Source: Verrucomicrobiota bacterium (GTDB lineage: Bacteria > Verrucomicrobiota > Verrucomicrobiia > Limisphaerales > VHCN01). From it: a stretch of 64,000 bases of DNA. How positions within the stretch are numbered: position 1 is the stretch's first letter; each line of letters begins with the position of its first letter. The DNA lies in NCBI GenBank assembly GCA_016871675.1, contig VHCN01000001.1, positions 66,268 to 130,267 of the forward strand. The letters run 5' to 3'. Both the position numbers and the translations under genes were made by a program. The notes under the pieces are model-generated. The model ran no database searches. It was given only the letters and a program-made list of their open reading frames with translations, and had not been told where the DNA came from. Positions 8,015 through 15,663 of the stretch are shown in pieces.

Positions 8015-9955
8015 ATGAAGAAACTGTATCGCGTTTCGAGTTCAACGTTCAGAGTTCCAGGTTCGGAGTTCGGGGTTCAAGGTCTGGCGCGACATGGCGC
8101 GCGGCTCGCGCTCGCGCTCGCAGCGACAAGTGCCTTCGCGCAAGAGCCCACCAATCCGCCGGCCCGCCTGCAGGAAGTCGTCGTCACCGCCACGCGCACG
8201 GCCGAGCCGGCGGACCGCGTCGCAGCATCGGTCTCCGTCGTGACGCGCGCGGAGGCCGACGCGCGAGGCATCACGACACTCGCGGACGCGCTCGACCTCA
8301 TCAACGGCCTCGCCGTCGTGCGCACAGGCACGCCGGGCCAGACGACGACCGTGTTTTCGCGCGGCACGCAGGGCAAGCACACGTTGCTCACGATCGATGG
8401 CCGCCGCCAGACGCCGAACATCCTCGGCGGCTACGATTGGGCCAGCCTCACCCTCGACAACGTGGACCGCGTCGAAGTGATGCGCTCGCCCGTGTCGTCG
8501 CTTTACGGCGGCGAAGCAATCGGCGGTGTCGTGAATGCGCTCACGCGCAGCGGGCGCGGCCTTCGCGCACCCGAGCACGAAGTCGCGTTCGAGGCCGGAA
8601 GCTTCCGCACGTTCCGCGAAAGCCTCGCGACACGCGGCGCGACGGGGCCATGGGATTATGCGCTCAGCGCGTCGCGACAGGACTCGGATTACGACCGCGC
8701 GAACGATCGCTACCGACTCACCACGTTGCGCGGCTCGACCGGCTGGGAAGCGAACGACGCGGCGTATCTCGATTTGAAAGGCGCATTCCACCAGAGCGAC
8801 GCGGGCAGCCCGGGCTCGACGACCTTCCCCGATCCCGGCGCGTTCCTCCGGCGTGAAGTCGTGAATCTCTCGCCCGGCATCGAGTGGAATCCGTCCGATT
8901 CCATCGAGGCGCGCCTCTACTACGGCTTCGAGCACCAGTATCAACGCTCGGTGTTCACGCTATTCGGCGGCTCCGACGACCAGCAACGAAACGTCTCACA
9001 ACTCGTCGAAGGACAGTTGAACTGGACCGTCACCGACCGGTGGAAGCTCACGTTTGGCGCCGCGCTGCAAGACCTCACGTTCTCGCAAATCAACAACACG
9101 GGCGAGGAGGACATCCATCTCAACACGACGAGCTTCGGCCTTTACGCGCAGAGCCAGTGGAGTCCGCTGCCACGGGTCACGCTCGTGAATTCCGTGCGGC
9201 ACGATCACTACTCCGATTATCCGGGCGCGACCACGTGGCGGCAGGCGATGTCCGCGCGTGTCCCCGGAACCGAGACGCGCGTGTTCGCCGCGGTGGCGCG
9301 CGCGTTCAGCCCGCCGGCGCAGGGCGACCTCTTTTTCCCCGGCGTCTTCGGCTACAACGTCACGTTGCAACCCGAGAGCAGCTTCGGATGGGAGGCGGGA
9401 TTCGAGCAACCGCTCGCCGGCGGCCGACTCAAGCTCGGCGCGACATGGTTCCGGAATGAAATCGACAACCTCATCTCGTTCGACCCGACGCCGCGGCCGG
9501 GCGCGCCGTTCGGCGCGCCCGCGAACGTAGCCGGCGCTCTGACCGAAGGCGTCGAGGCGGGCGCATCGCTCAAGCCGTTCGACGGACTCGAAGCCCGCGC
9601 CAGCTACACGTATCTGACCGCCCGTGACCTCGCGACGACCTTGCGGCTTGTCCGGCGCCCGCGTCACACGGCCACGCTCGACGTGGCGGCTCGACCGATG
9701 AAGACACTCACCTTGAGCGCGGGCGCGCAACTCGTGAGCGGCCGCACCGACTTTTACACCGACCCATTTTTCACGACGACGCGCGAGCACGGGCAGGACT
9801 ACGTCGTGGTTCGCGCCGCGGCGCGATACCAGTTTACGGAACAGGCGCAGCTTTGGATTCGGGCGGAAAACCTCACCGACGTGAAATACGAGCAGGCCGC
9901 GCAGTTCCCCGCTCCGCGACTCGGGATCTTCGGCGGGTTCAAGCTCAGCTTCTAA
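8015..9955 (+). CDS. btuB: TonB-dependent outer-membrane receptor (BtuB-like, riboswitch-controlled)
   Basis: ATG at 8015 is preceded by aggag. It has a signal peptide and a TonB-box-like plug region (LQEVVVTATRTAE). The barrel sequence is typical and ends in Phe (…GGFKLSF). The TTG start at 7901 in the ORF track would overlap the riboswitch expression platform. Confidence 0.85.
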   Translation: MKKLYRVSSSTFRVPGSEFGVQGLARHGARLALALAATSAFAQEPTNPPARLQEVVVTATRTAEPADRVAASVSVVTRAEADARGITTLADALDLINGLAVVRTGTPGQTTTVFSRGTQGKHTLLTIDGRRQTPNILGGYDWASLTLDNVDRVEVMRSPVSSLYGGEAIGGVVNALTRSGRGLRAPEHEVAFEAGSFRTFRESLATRGATGPWDYALSASRQDSDYDRANDRYRLTTLRGSTGWEANDAAYLDLKGAFHQSDAGSPGSTTFPDPGAFLRREVVNLSPGIEWNPSDSIEARLYYGFEHQYQRSVFTLFGGSDDQQRNVSQLVEGQLNWTVTDRWKLTFGAALQDLTFSQINNTGEEDIHLNTTSFGLYAQSQWSPLPRVTLVNSVRHDHYSDYPGATTWRQAMSARVPGTETRVFAAVARAFSPPAQGDLFFPGVFGYNVTLQPESSFGWEAGFEQPLAGGRLKLGATWFRNEIDNLISFDPTPRPGAPFGAPANVAGALTEGVEAGASLKPFDGLEARASYTYLTARDLATTLRLVRRPRHTATLDVAARPMKTLTLSAGAQLVSGRTDFYTDPFFTTTREHGQDYVVVRAAARYQFTEQAQLWIRAENLTDVKYEQAAQFPAPRLGIFGGFKLSF

Positions 9956-9959
9956 ACCA

Positions 9960-10400
9960 GCGCCCCAACACTGCTGCGTCGCCTCGGTGCGGGTCACAGG
10001 CGTGCGAAGCTGGTCGCGCGAGAGGTCCACGCGGAAACGCGTGTCGCCCTCGCGCAGCGCCTTCACGTCAACGCGCCACGTCGCGACTTCTTTGCCCGCG
10101 AGGGACGGCAGCGCTGTCATGCGGATGAACTGGTCCTTCGAAGTCACGGGCGTCGCGCCTTCGCCTGGCATGAAGCCCTGATTCGCGGGCATCGCCGCGC
10201 CATCTGCCGAAGGCGGACGAACGGCGATTCAAGGCCGACAAAACTGCGTGGGAATTCTTCCGACGCCAGCCGCCCGCGCGTCTCCGGTTTCTTTGCGCTC
10301 ACCACGAACCACGTCGCCACGCGCTGGCCGGGTGGCGGCTTGATCGCTTGATCTCCGACGCCCGCGACGGGCGCAGGCTCGGCCCGGCCGGGCGAAGTGA
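9960..10400 (-). pseudogene. Decayed coding remnants (YdeI/OmdA-like C-terminal motif plus a second fragment in another frame)
   Basis: Minus-strand third-position GC is coding-like in two different frames. One frame reads …QRVATWFVVSAKKPETRGRLASEE…, which resembles the YdeI/OmdA motif AKkpETRxxR. The other frame reads MPANQGFMPGEGATPVTSKDQF…VKALREGDTRFRVDL…. Neither frame has a proper start-to-stop ORF confined to the gap. Confidence 0.25.
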
Positions 10401-10418
10401 TCGGGTCAGGTGCGGCCG

Positions 10419-11783
10419 TCAACCCAGCTTCCACCCCTTGCGATACTCTCGTTGGATGAAGCGCTGTGCCTCGGGCGCGTTCTTCGCGCGGAGGTTTGCG
10501 GCGTCCCACTCGATTTTCTTGCCCGCGCGGAAGGCGACGTTGCCGAGGTGGTTCGCCTCGGTGAGCCAGCCGGAATACTCGAAGTTCGCGTGCGGTTGCG
10601 TGCCGTTGCGGATGGCGGTGAGCCAGTCGTCGTAGTGGCTTTTCACGCGCGGGATGGTCGGCTCGGGCGGCTTGAAGCCCGCGAAATCCGCCTCCGGCAG
10701 CAGCAGATACTTGCCGTAATCGGATAGCAGCATTCCCTTGTCGCCGATGAACAGGTGGCCGCTGCCCCATTGCGGAATCTTCTTCTGCGTCCAGAGGTCG
10801 GGCTTGTTTTCGCCCTGATGCCACGTGAGCTTTACGGCGGGCATCTCGCCACGCGGGCCGTATTCGTAGGTGGCGGACATGGACGCCGGTGCGATCTCCA
10901 CGTGCGGCGTCGGGCCGATCGCCTCGATGGTGAGCGGCGCCTTCAACTTGAGCGCCCAAAACGGCAGGTCGTTGAAGTGCGAGCCGAGGTCGCTCATCGT
11001 GCCGTTGCCAAAATCCCACCAGCGATACCACTTCGGCCCGGGAAAATAGACCTCGTGGAACGGCCGCTCGGGCGCGGGGCCGAGCCACAAATCCCAGTCG
11101 AGATGCGCGGGAACGGGCATCGCCTCCTTCGGCCGGTCGGTGACGAACACGATATCCTTGTTGCGGTCCGAGGCTTCCTTGCTCTGCAAACCCCACGCGC
11201 GCGACACCCACACGTGCGCCTCGCGGACCTTCCCGATGACGCCGGCCTGGATGATCTCAACCACGCGCCGGTAGTTCTCGCTCGAATGAATCTGGATTCC
11301 CATCTGCGTCGCCAGCTTCGGGCGCGCGGCGGCGGCCTCGCGGATTTTGCGCGCCTCCCAGATGTTGTAAGTGAGCGGTTTCTCGCAATAGACGTGTTTG
11401 TTCGCCTGCAAGGCCATCATCGCCGCGAAGGCGTGCGTGTGCTCGCACGTGCTGACCGTGACGGCGTCGAAGTCCTTCGCATGGTCGAAGACCTTGCGGA
11501 AGTCGGTGAACGCCGCGGCCTGCGGGTGCTTCATCTTCGCGGCGTCGATCGCGCGCTGGTTCACGTCGCAGACCGCGGCGATGTATTCGGATTTTTCGAC
11601 GCCGCCCATGTTCGCGGCGCCGCGCCCGCCGCACGCGATGATGGCCATGGCGATCTTGCTGTTGGGATTCTGCATCCGCGCGATGGCGGGGAAGCCGAGC
11701 ACCGCGCCGGTCGCGGCGAGCGCGGACTGCGCGAACCTGCGGCGGGAAACGGGACGCAACGGATGAGCGTATCGGGCTTTCAT
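10419..11783 (-). CDS. Gfo/Idh/MocA-family oxidoreductase with Tat signal
   Basis: 454 aa. A twin-arginine signal is present ([23 protein letters not shown]). It is followed by a Rossmann motif ([10 protein letters not shown]) and a typical Gfo/Idh/MocA C-terminal domain. Confidence 0.85.
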   Translation of the reverse strand: MKARYAHPLRPVSRRRFAQSALAATGAVLGFPAIARMQNPNSKIAMAIIACGGRGAANMGGVEKSEYIAAVCDVNQRAIDAAKMKHPQAAAFTDFRKVFDHAKDFDAVTVSTCEHTHAFAAMMALQANKHVYCEKPLTYNIWEARKIREAAAARPKLATQMGIQIHSSENYRRVVEIIQAGVIGKVREAHVWVSRAWGLQSKEASDRNKDIVFVTDRPKEAMPVPAHLDWDLWLGPAPERPFHEVYFPGPKWYRWWDFGNGTMSDLGSHFNDLPFWALKLKAPLTIEAIGPTPHVEIAPASMSATYEYGPRGEMPAVKLTWHQGENKPDLWTQKKIPQWGSGHLFIGDKGMLLSDYGKYLLLPEADFAGFKPPEPTIPRVKSHYDDWLTAIRNGTQPHANFEYSGWLTEANHLGNVAFRAGKKIEWDAANLRAKNAPEAQRFIQREYRKGWKLG

Positions 11784-11840
11784 GCCCGCAGCATGGTCAC
11801 GCGGCGCCGGGCGGTCAATGGCTGAGGACCGTGCGGCCGG

Positions 11841-12590
11841 TCACCAGTATCCGATGATGGTGGTCAGCGGCGCGGGGGGCGTGCCGCTCCACCGCACGTT
11901 GCGCGCGGCCATGACTTCCATCTTGCGCCAATGCGCGGAGCCGTCGGGGAGCGCGACGTTGCCGCCGGCAGTCTTGATCTGCTCGGGCTCGGGCGTGGAC
12001 CCGGTGTTGCTGTTCACCGCACCGGTCGGACCGTGCGACGCTGAGCTGGAAACCGGTGTGGCCGTGCCTCTCTCGATGACATCGGCGGCGAGGACGTGGT
12101 GCTTGCCTTGATCCTGCGTGAACTTCGGGCTGTCCCACGGCGTGGTCGTGGGGCGGGCGTAAGTCGCGTCACGCGCCCGCGTATCGTTCTCGGTCGGATA
12201 ACCCCACAGCACGTAATAGCCGATGCGCATGCCGGTGCCGGCCTGGAAGCGCATCCAGTCGCGCTTGTTCGGGCAAGCCATCGTGTTCGTGTCGAAGCCG
12301 CCGCGCAGGAACGCATTCGTGTAGATCGTCAGGTGCACGAACGTGGCGTGGAACGAATTGTCGTTGCGCGCACCGCTTGGGTAACGGTCGTTGTTGTCCC
12401 CGGCGTAAATATTGATGGCCAGCCCGATCTGCCGGAGGTTGTTGAGGCACGAGGCGCGCTTGGATTTTTCCTTCGCGCCCGCCATGGCGGGCAGCAACAA
12501 GCCAGCAAGGATCGCGATGATGGCGATGACGACGAGCAGTTCGATCAGGGTGAAGCCGGTGCGTGGCTGCGGTGCTGAACGTGTGTTCAT
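11841..12590 (-). CDS. Prepilin-type N-terminal cleavage/methylation domain protein (DUF1559-like pseudopilin)
   Basis: The N-terminus reads [24 protein letters not shown], followed by [19 protein letters not shown]. The C-terminus has …[10 protein letters not shown]. This family is expanded in Planctomycetes and Verrucomicrobia. Confidence 0.85.
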   Translation of the reverse strand: MNTRSAPQPRTGFTLIELLVVIAIIAILAGLLLPAMAGAKEKSKRASCLNNLRQIGLAINIYAGDNNDRYPSGARNDNSFHATFVHLTIYTNAFLRGGFDTNTMACPNKRDWMRFQAGTGMRIGYYVLWGYPTENDTRARDATYARPTTTPWDSPKFTQDQGKHHVLAADVIERGTATPVSSSASHGPTGAVNSNTGSTPEPEQIKTAGGNVALPDGSAHWRKMEVMAARNVRWSGTPPAPLTTIIGYW

Positions 12591-12724
12591 TCCAGCGGAT
12601 GTGGGTTCGACGGGAAGCTATCACGGCGCGACACGCGGGCAAGCTGTATTCTGCATTCCGGCGCGCCAATGCGCGGATGGCGGCGCGCTTGATTCCATCC
12701 GCGCGCGTGGCCCAAGCTGCGCGC

Positions 12725-13558
12725 ATGACGATTGATTCCCACCAGCATTTCTGGATTCACCGCGCCGCGGAGTATCCGTGGATGACCGGGCCGCTCGCGG
12801 CATTGCGGCGCGATTATCTGCCCGCCGACCTCGCGCGCGAGCGGGCGCCCGCGGGGGTTGGCGCCTCGGTCGTGGTGCAAGCACGGCAATCTCCCGAGGA
12901 ATCGCGCTGGCTGCTTGAACTCGCAGACCGCGATGCGTCGATCGCGGGAGTCGTGGGCTGGGTGGACTTGCAGGATGATCGCGTCGAAGAGCAACTCGCG
13001 CCGCTCGCGAAACATCCGAAGTTTGTCGGCGTCCGTCACGTGGTGCAGGACGAGCCGGACGACAACTTCATGCTGCGTCCGGCGTTCCTGCGCGGGCTGG
13101 GCAGGCTGCGGCAGTTCGACCTCACCTACGACCTGCTCACATTTCCGGGGCAACTCCCGGCGGCCATCGAAGTCGCGCGGCAATTCCCGGATCAGCCCTT
13201 CGTGCTCGACCATTTGAGCAAGCCGTTCATCAAGCGGGGCGAACTCTCGCCGTGGCGCGAGCAGTTCCGCGAACTGGCGAGATTCCCGAACGTGATGTGC
13301 AAGCTCAGCGGGATGGTCACCGAGGCGGACTGGCGCGCGTGGCAGCCTGCGGACTTCCGCCCGTATCTCGACGTTGCGTGGGAGGCGTTCGGCGGGGACA
13401 GGCTGATGTTCGGCTCCGACTGGCCCGTGTGCACGCTCGCCGGCAGCTACGCGCAGGTCCACGCTCTCGTCGCGGACTTCCTCGCGCCGTTCCCCGTGGC
13501 AACGCGGCGCAAGGTGATGGGTTCGAACGCGGCGGAGTTTTACAAACTCGGGAAGTAA
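12725..13558 (+). CDS. Amidohydrolase-2 family protein (fuconolactonase-like)
   Basis: The start MTIDSHQHFW carries the metal-binding HxH motif. DHLSKP, KLSGM and FGSDWPV motifs are typical of this lactonase/amidohydrolase family. The ORF track's earlier start at 12563 is an Arg-rich extension. Confidence 0.8.
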   Translation: MTIDSHQHFWIHRAAEYPWMTGPLAALRRDYLPADLARERAPAGVGASVVVQARQSPEESRWLLELADRDASIAGVVGWVDLQDDRVEEQLAPLAKHPKFVGVRHVVQDEPDDNFMLRPAFLRGLGRLRQFDLTYDLLTFPGQLPAAIEVARQFPDQPFVLDHLSKPFIKRGELSPWREQFRELARFPNVMCKLSGMVTEADWRAWQPADFRPYLDVAWEAFGGDRLMFGSDWPVCTLAGSYAQVHALVADFLAPFPVATRRKVMGSNAAEFYKLGK

Positions 13559-13722
13559 AGCGGCTGGCGCACGTGGCGCCGGACTGCGCCGGTCACGGTT
13601 CCTCGACGCCAAGCCGGTGCACCTCGGGTCTCAACCGTGGTCACCTTGTAACCGAGCGCCTCGATCGTCGAAGTCAACACACGGCGGGGCGGGGCGTTGT
13701 CTTCGACGACGAGCACATTCAT
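13540..13722 (-). pseudogene. Orphan N-terminal stub of a response-regulator receiver domain
   Basis: MNVLVVEDNAPPRRVLTSTIEALGYKVTTVE is a typical REC beta1-alpha1-beta2 start. The sequence then degenerates into Arg-rich text and ends after 60 aa. It overlaps the 3' end of the convergent amidohydrolase gene. Confidence 0.35.
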
Positions 13723-13866
13723 GGCGTGAGGTGTTGCCCGGCCTGTGCGCGATCGCCAGCCGCAGTCCATCCCCGCCATCGAGCGGCGATTCTCGAAGGC
13801 CACGGCCCGGACGAACCAAACCACGTTGCGTTTGACGCGCTGCCGACACTCCCGCACCCTCGCCGC

Positions 13867-14940
13867 ATGAGCCAGCCGTTGCGTGTCGCGTTCGTCGGCG
13901 TGGACCATCCCCACGGCGCGGGATGGCGCGAGTCCATCGCCCAAGCGCCGCGCGACCTGGAGATCACGGCGCTCGCGACCGAATTCCCGGGGACGGTCGA
14001 AAGCCTCGAGGAGCGTCTCGCGCACCTGCCGCGGTTTGCGTCGCTCGACGAACTCCTCGCGAAGGGCGCGCACCACTTCGACGCCGCCGTGGTCGCGCTG
14101 CCGAACGACCGTGCGCCGGGGGCCATCGCGCGGCTTGCCGCCGCCGGCAAGCACGTCCTGGTCGAGAAACCCGCCGCGGGCTCTGCGTCCGCCGTGCGCG
14201 AGGCGATGCAAGCCGTCGCGCGCGCGGGCGTGGCGTTCCAATCGGGCTACTTGTGGCGCTATGACGACCTCGCCAACCGATTGCGCGCGATGATCGTCGA
14301 CGGGCGCTTTGGCAAGCTCATCAGCATCGAGATGACCTGCGTGACGAGCGACATCGCGCGGCGCGGCGCGGACCACTACCTCTTCGACGCGGAGGTGAGC
14401 GGCGGCGGTTTTTTTAACTGGCTCGGCTGCCATTATCTCGACCTGCTGCCTTACGTGACCGGGCAGGACGTCACGGGAGTGACCGCGCGCGTGGGCGTGT
14501 TCGGCGCGACGCCGACGGCGATGGAGGACGGTGGCACCGCGCTGCTCGACTTGAGCGGCGGCGGGCTGGCGACGTTCACCGGCGGCTACTGGCTTCCGCG
14601 CTGGACGGGCGAATGGGGCTGGACCTTGCGCGGCTCGGAGCGCTGGGTGCGTTGGGAGCCGAACCGTCCCGGCACCGGCGGCGTGCTCGAGATTCACGGT
14701 CCGCAGCCGCAGTTTCACGCGATGGAGGAAGTCTTCGCGCTGCCGCCGAACAAAGTCCCCGGCTACGGCGGCGCCCGAACGGTCGCGCTCCTGCAAGACT
14801 GGGCTGCCGCCGCGCGCGGCGACACGAAAGCCTGCCGCAACACGCCGCGCACCGTGCTCACGACGCTGGAGTTGATCGATGCAGTGTATGCCGCGAGCGC
14901 GCAGGGGAGGCGGCTCGTGTTTCCCCCACCCGCAGCATGA
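13867..14940 (+). CDS. Gfo/Idh/MocA-family oxidoreductase
   Basis: The start MSQPLRVAFVGVDHPHG is followed by HVLVEKP and a dimerisation-domain-like C-terminal half. ATG 13867 is in frame within the longer ORF 13252..14940. Confidence 0.8.
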   Translation: MSQPLRVAFVGVDHPHGAGWRESIAQAPRDLEITALATEFPGTVESLEERLAHLPRFASLDELLAKGAHHFDAAVVALPNDRAPGAIARLAAAGKHVLVEKPAAGSASAVREAMQAVARAGVAFQSGYLWRYDDLANRLRAMIVDGRFGKLISIEMTCVTSDIARRGADHYLFDAEVSGGGFFNWLGCHYLDLLPYVTGQDVTGVTARVGVFGATPTAMEDGGTALLDLSGGGLATFTGGYWLPRWTGEWGWTLRGSERWVRWEPNRPGTGGVLEIHGPQPQFHAMEEVFALPPNKVPGYGGARTVALLQDWAAAARGDTKACRNTPRTVLTTLELIDAVYAASAQGRRLVFPPPAA

Positions 14941-15003
14941 GACCGGCGGACTCATGAGACCCATCGGTCACACGAGTCCCTTCCGTCCCATCGAATTCCC
15001 CCG

Positions 15004-15663
15004 ATGAAACGCCCCGCCATCAACGCTCTCCTCGAAGTCATGCGCCGCCTGCGCGCGCCGGACGGTTGCCCGTGGGATCGCGAGCAGGACCACATGACGC
15101 TGCGCTTTCACGCCGTCGAGGAGGTTTACGAGCTCATGGACGCGATTGAAGCCCACGACGACCACGAGATGGCCGAGGAACTCGGCGACCTGCTGCTGCA
15201 GGTGGTCTTCCACTGCCAGCTCGCGCGCGAGCGGGGCGCGTTCGACTTCGAGGCGGTTGCGCGCCGCATCACCGACAAGCTCATCCGCCGCCACCCGCAC
15301 GTCTTCGGCGATGTAAAGGTCAAGGACGTGAATGAAGTCTGGGCGAACTGGGACAGGATCAAGCGCGCCGAGAAGCACGGCACGCGGCACGCGCGCCCGA
15401 GCGCGCTCGACGGCATCCCGAAGCACCTGCCCGCGCTGCTCCGCGCCGAGAAGCTCGTGAAAAAGTCGCGCAAGGCGAAGCTCGCAACCGTGACCACCGC
15501 CGGCGCGAAGTGGACCAGGGCGCAGATCGCGAAGAGCCTGTTCGACCTCGCTGCATCCGCCCAGGCGAAGGGCTGGTCTGCGGAGGAACTGCTTCGCGCA
15601 GAACTCAGCAAACGCGAGCGAAGCCTTCGCCGGCGCGAGCGCTCGCTGCTGGCCGCCCGATGA
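15004..15663 (+). CDS. mazG: Nucleoside triphosphate pyrophosphohydrolase MazG
   Basis: CPWDREQDH, the EEVYELMDAIE…EELGDLLLQVVFH motif (EExxE…D) and RHPHVFG match the MazG family. Confidence 0.9.
   Translation: MKRPAINALLEVMRRLRAPDGCPWDREQDHMTLRFHAVEEVYELMDAIEAHDDHEMAEELGDLLLQVVFHCQLARERGAFDFEAVARRITDKLIRRHPHVFGDVKVKDVNEVWANWDRIKRAEKHGTRHARPSALDGIPKHLPALLRAEKLVKKSRKAKLATVTTAGAKWTRAQIAKSLFDLAASAQAKGWSAEELLRAELSKRERSLRRRERSLLAAR

Noticed and set aside
13252-13866. 5' extension of the 562-aa ORF 13252..14940. The same issue applies to extended starts at 12563, 15510, 29352, 30068, 41569, 55782..57557, 60433..62109 and 61805..62977
   Set aside because: The extensions overlap neighbouring genes and are Arg/Pro-rich. 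Recognisable N-termini begin at internal start codons with sensible spacing or ATGA/GTGA overlaps with the upstream gene.
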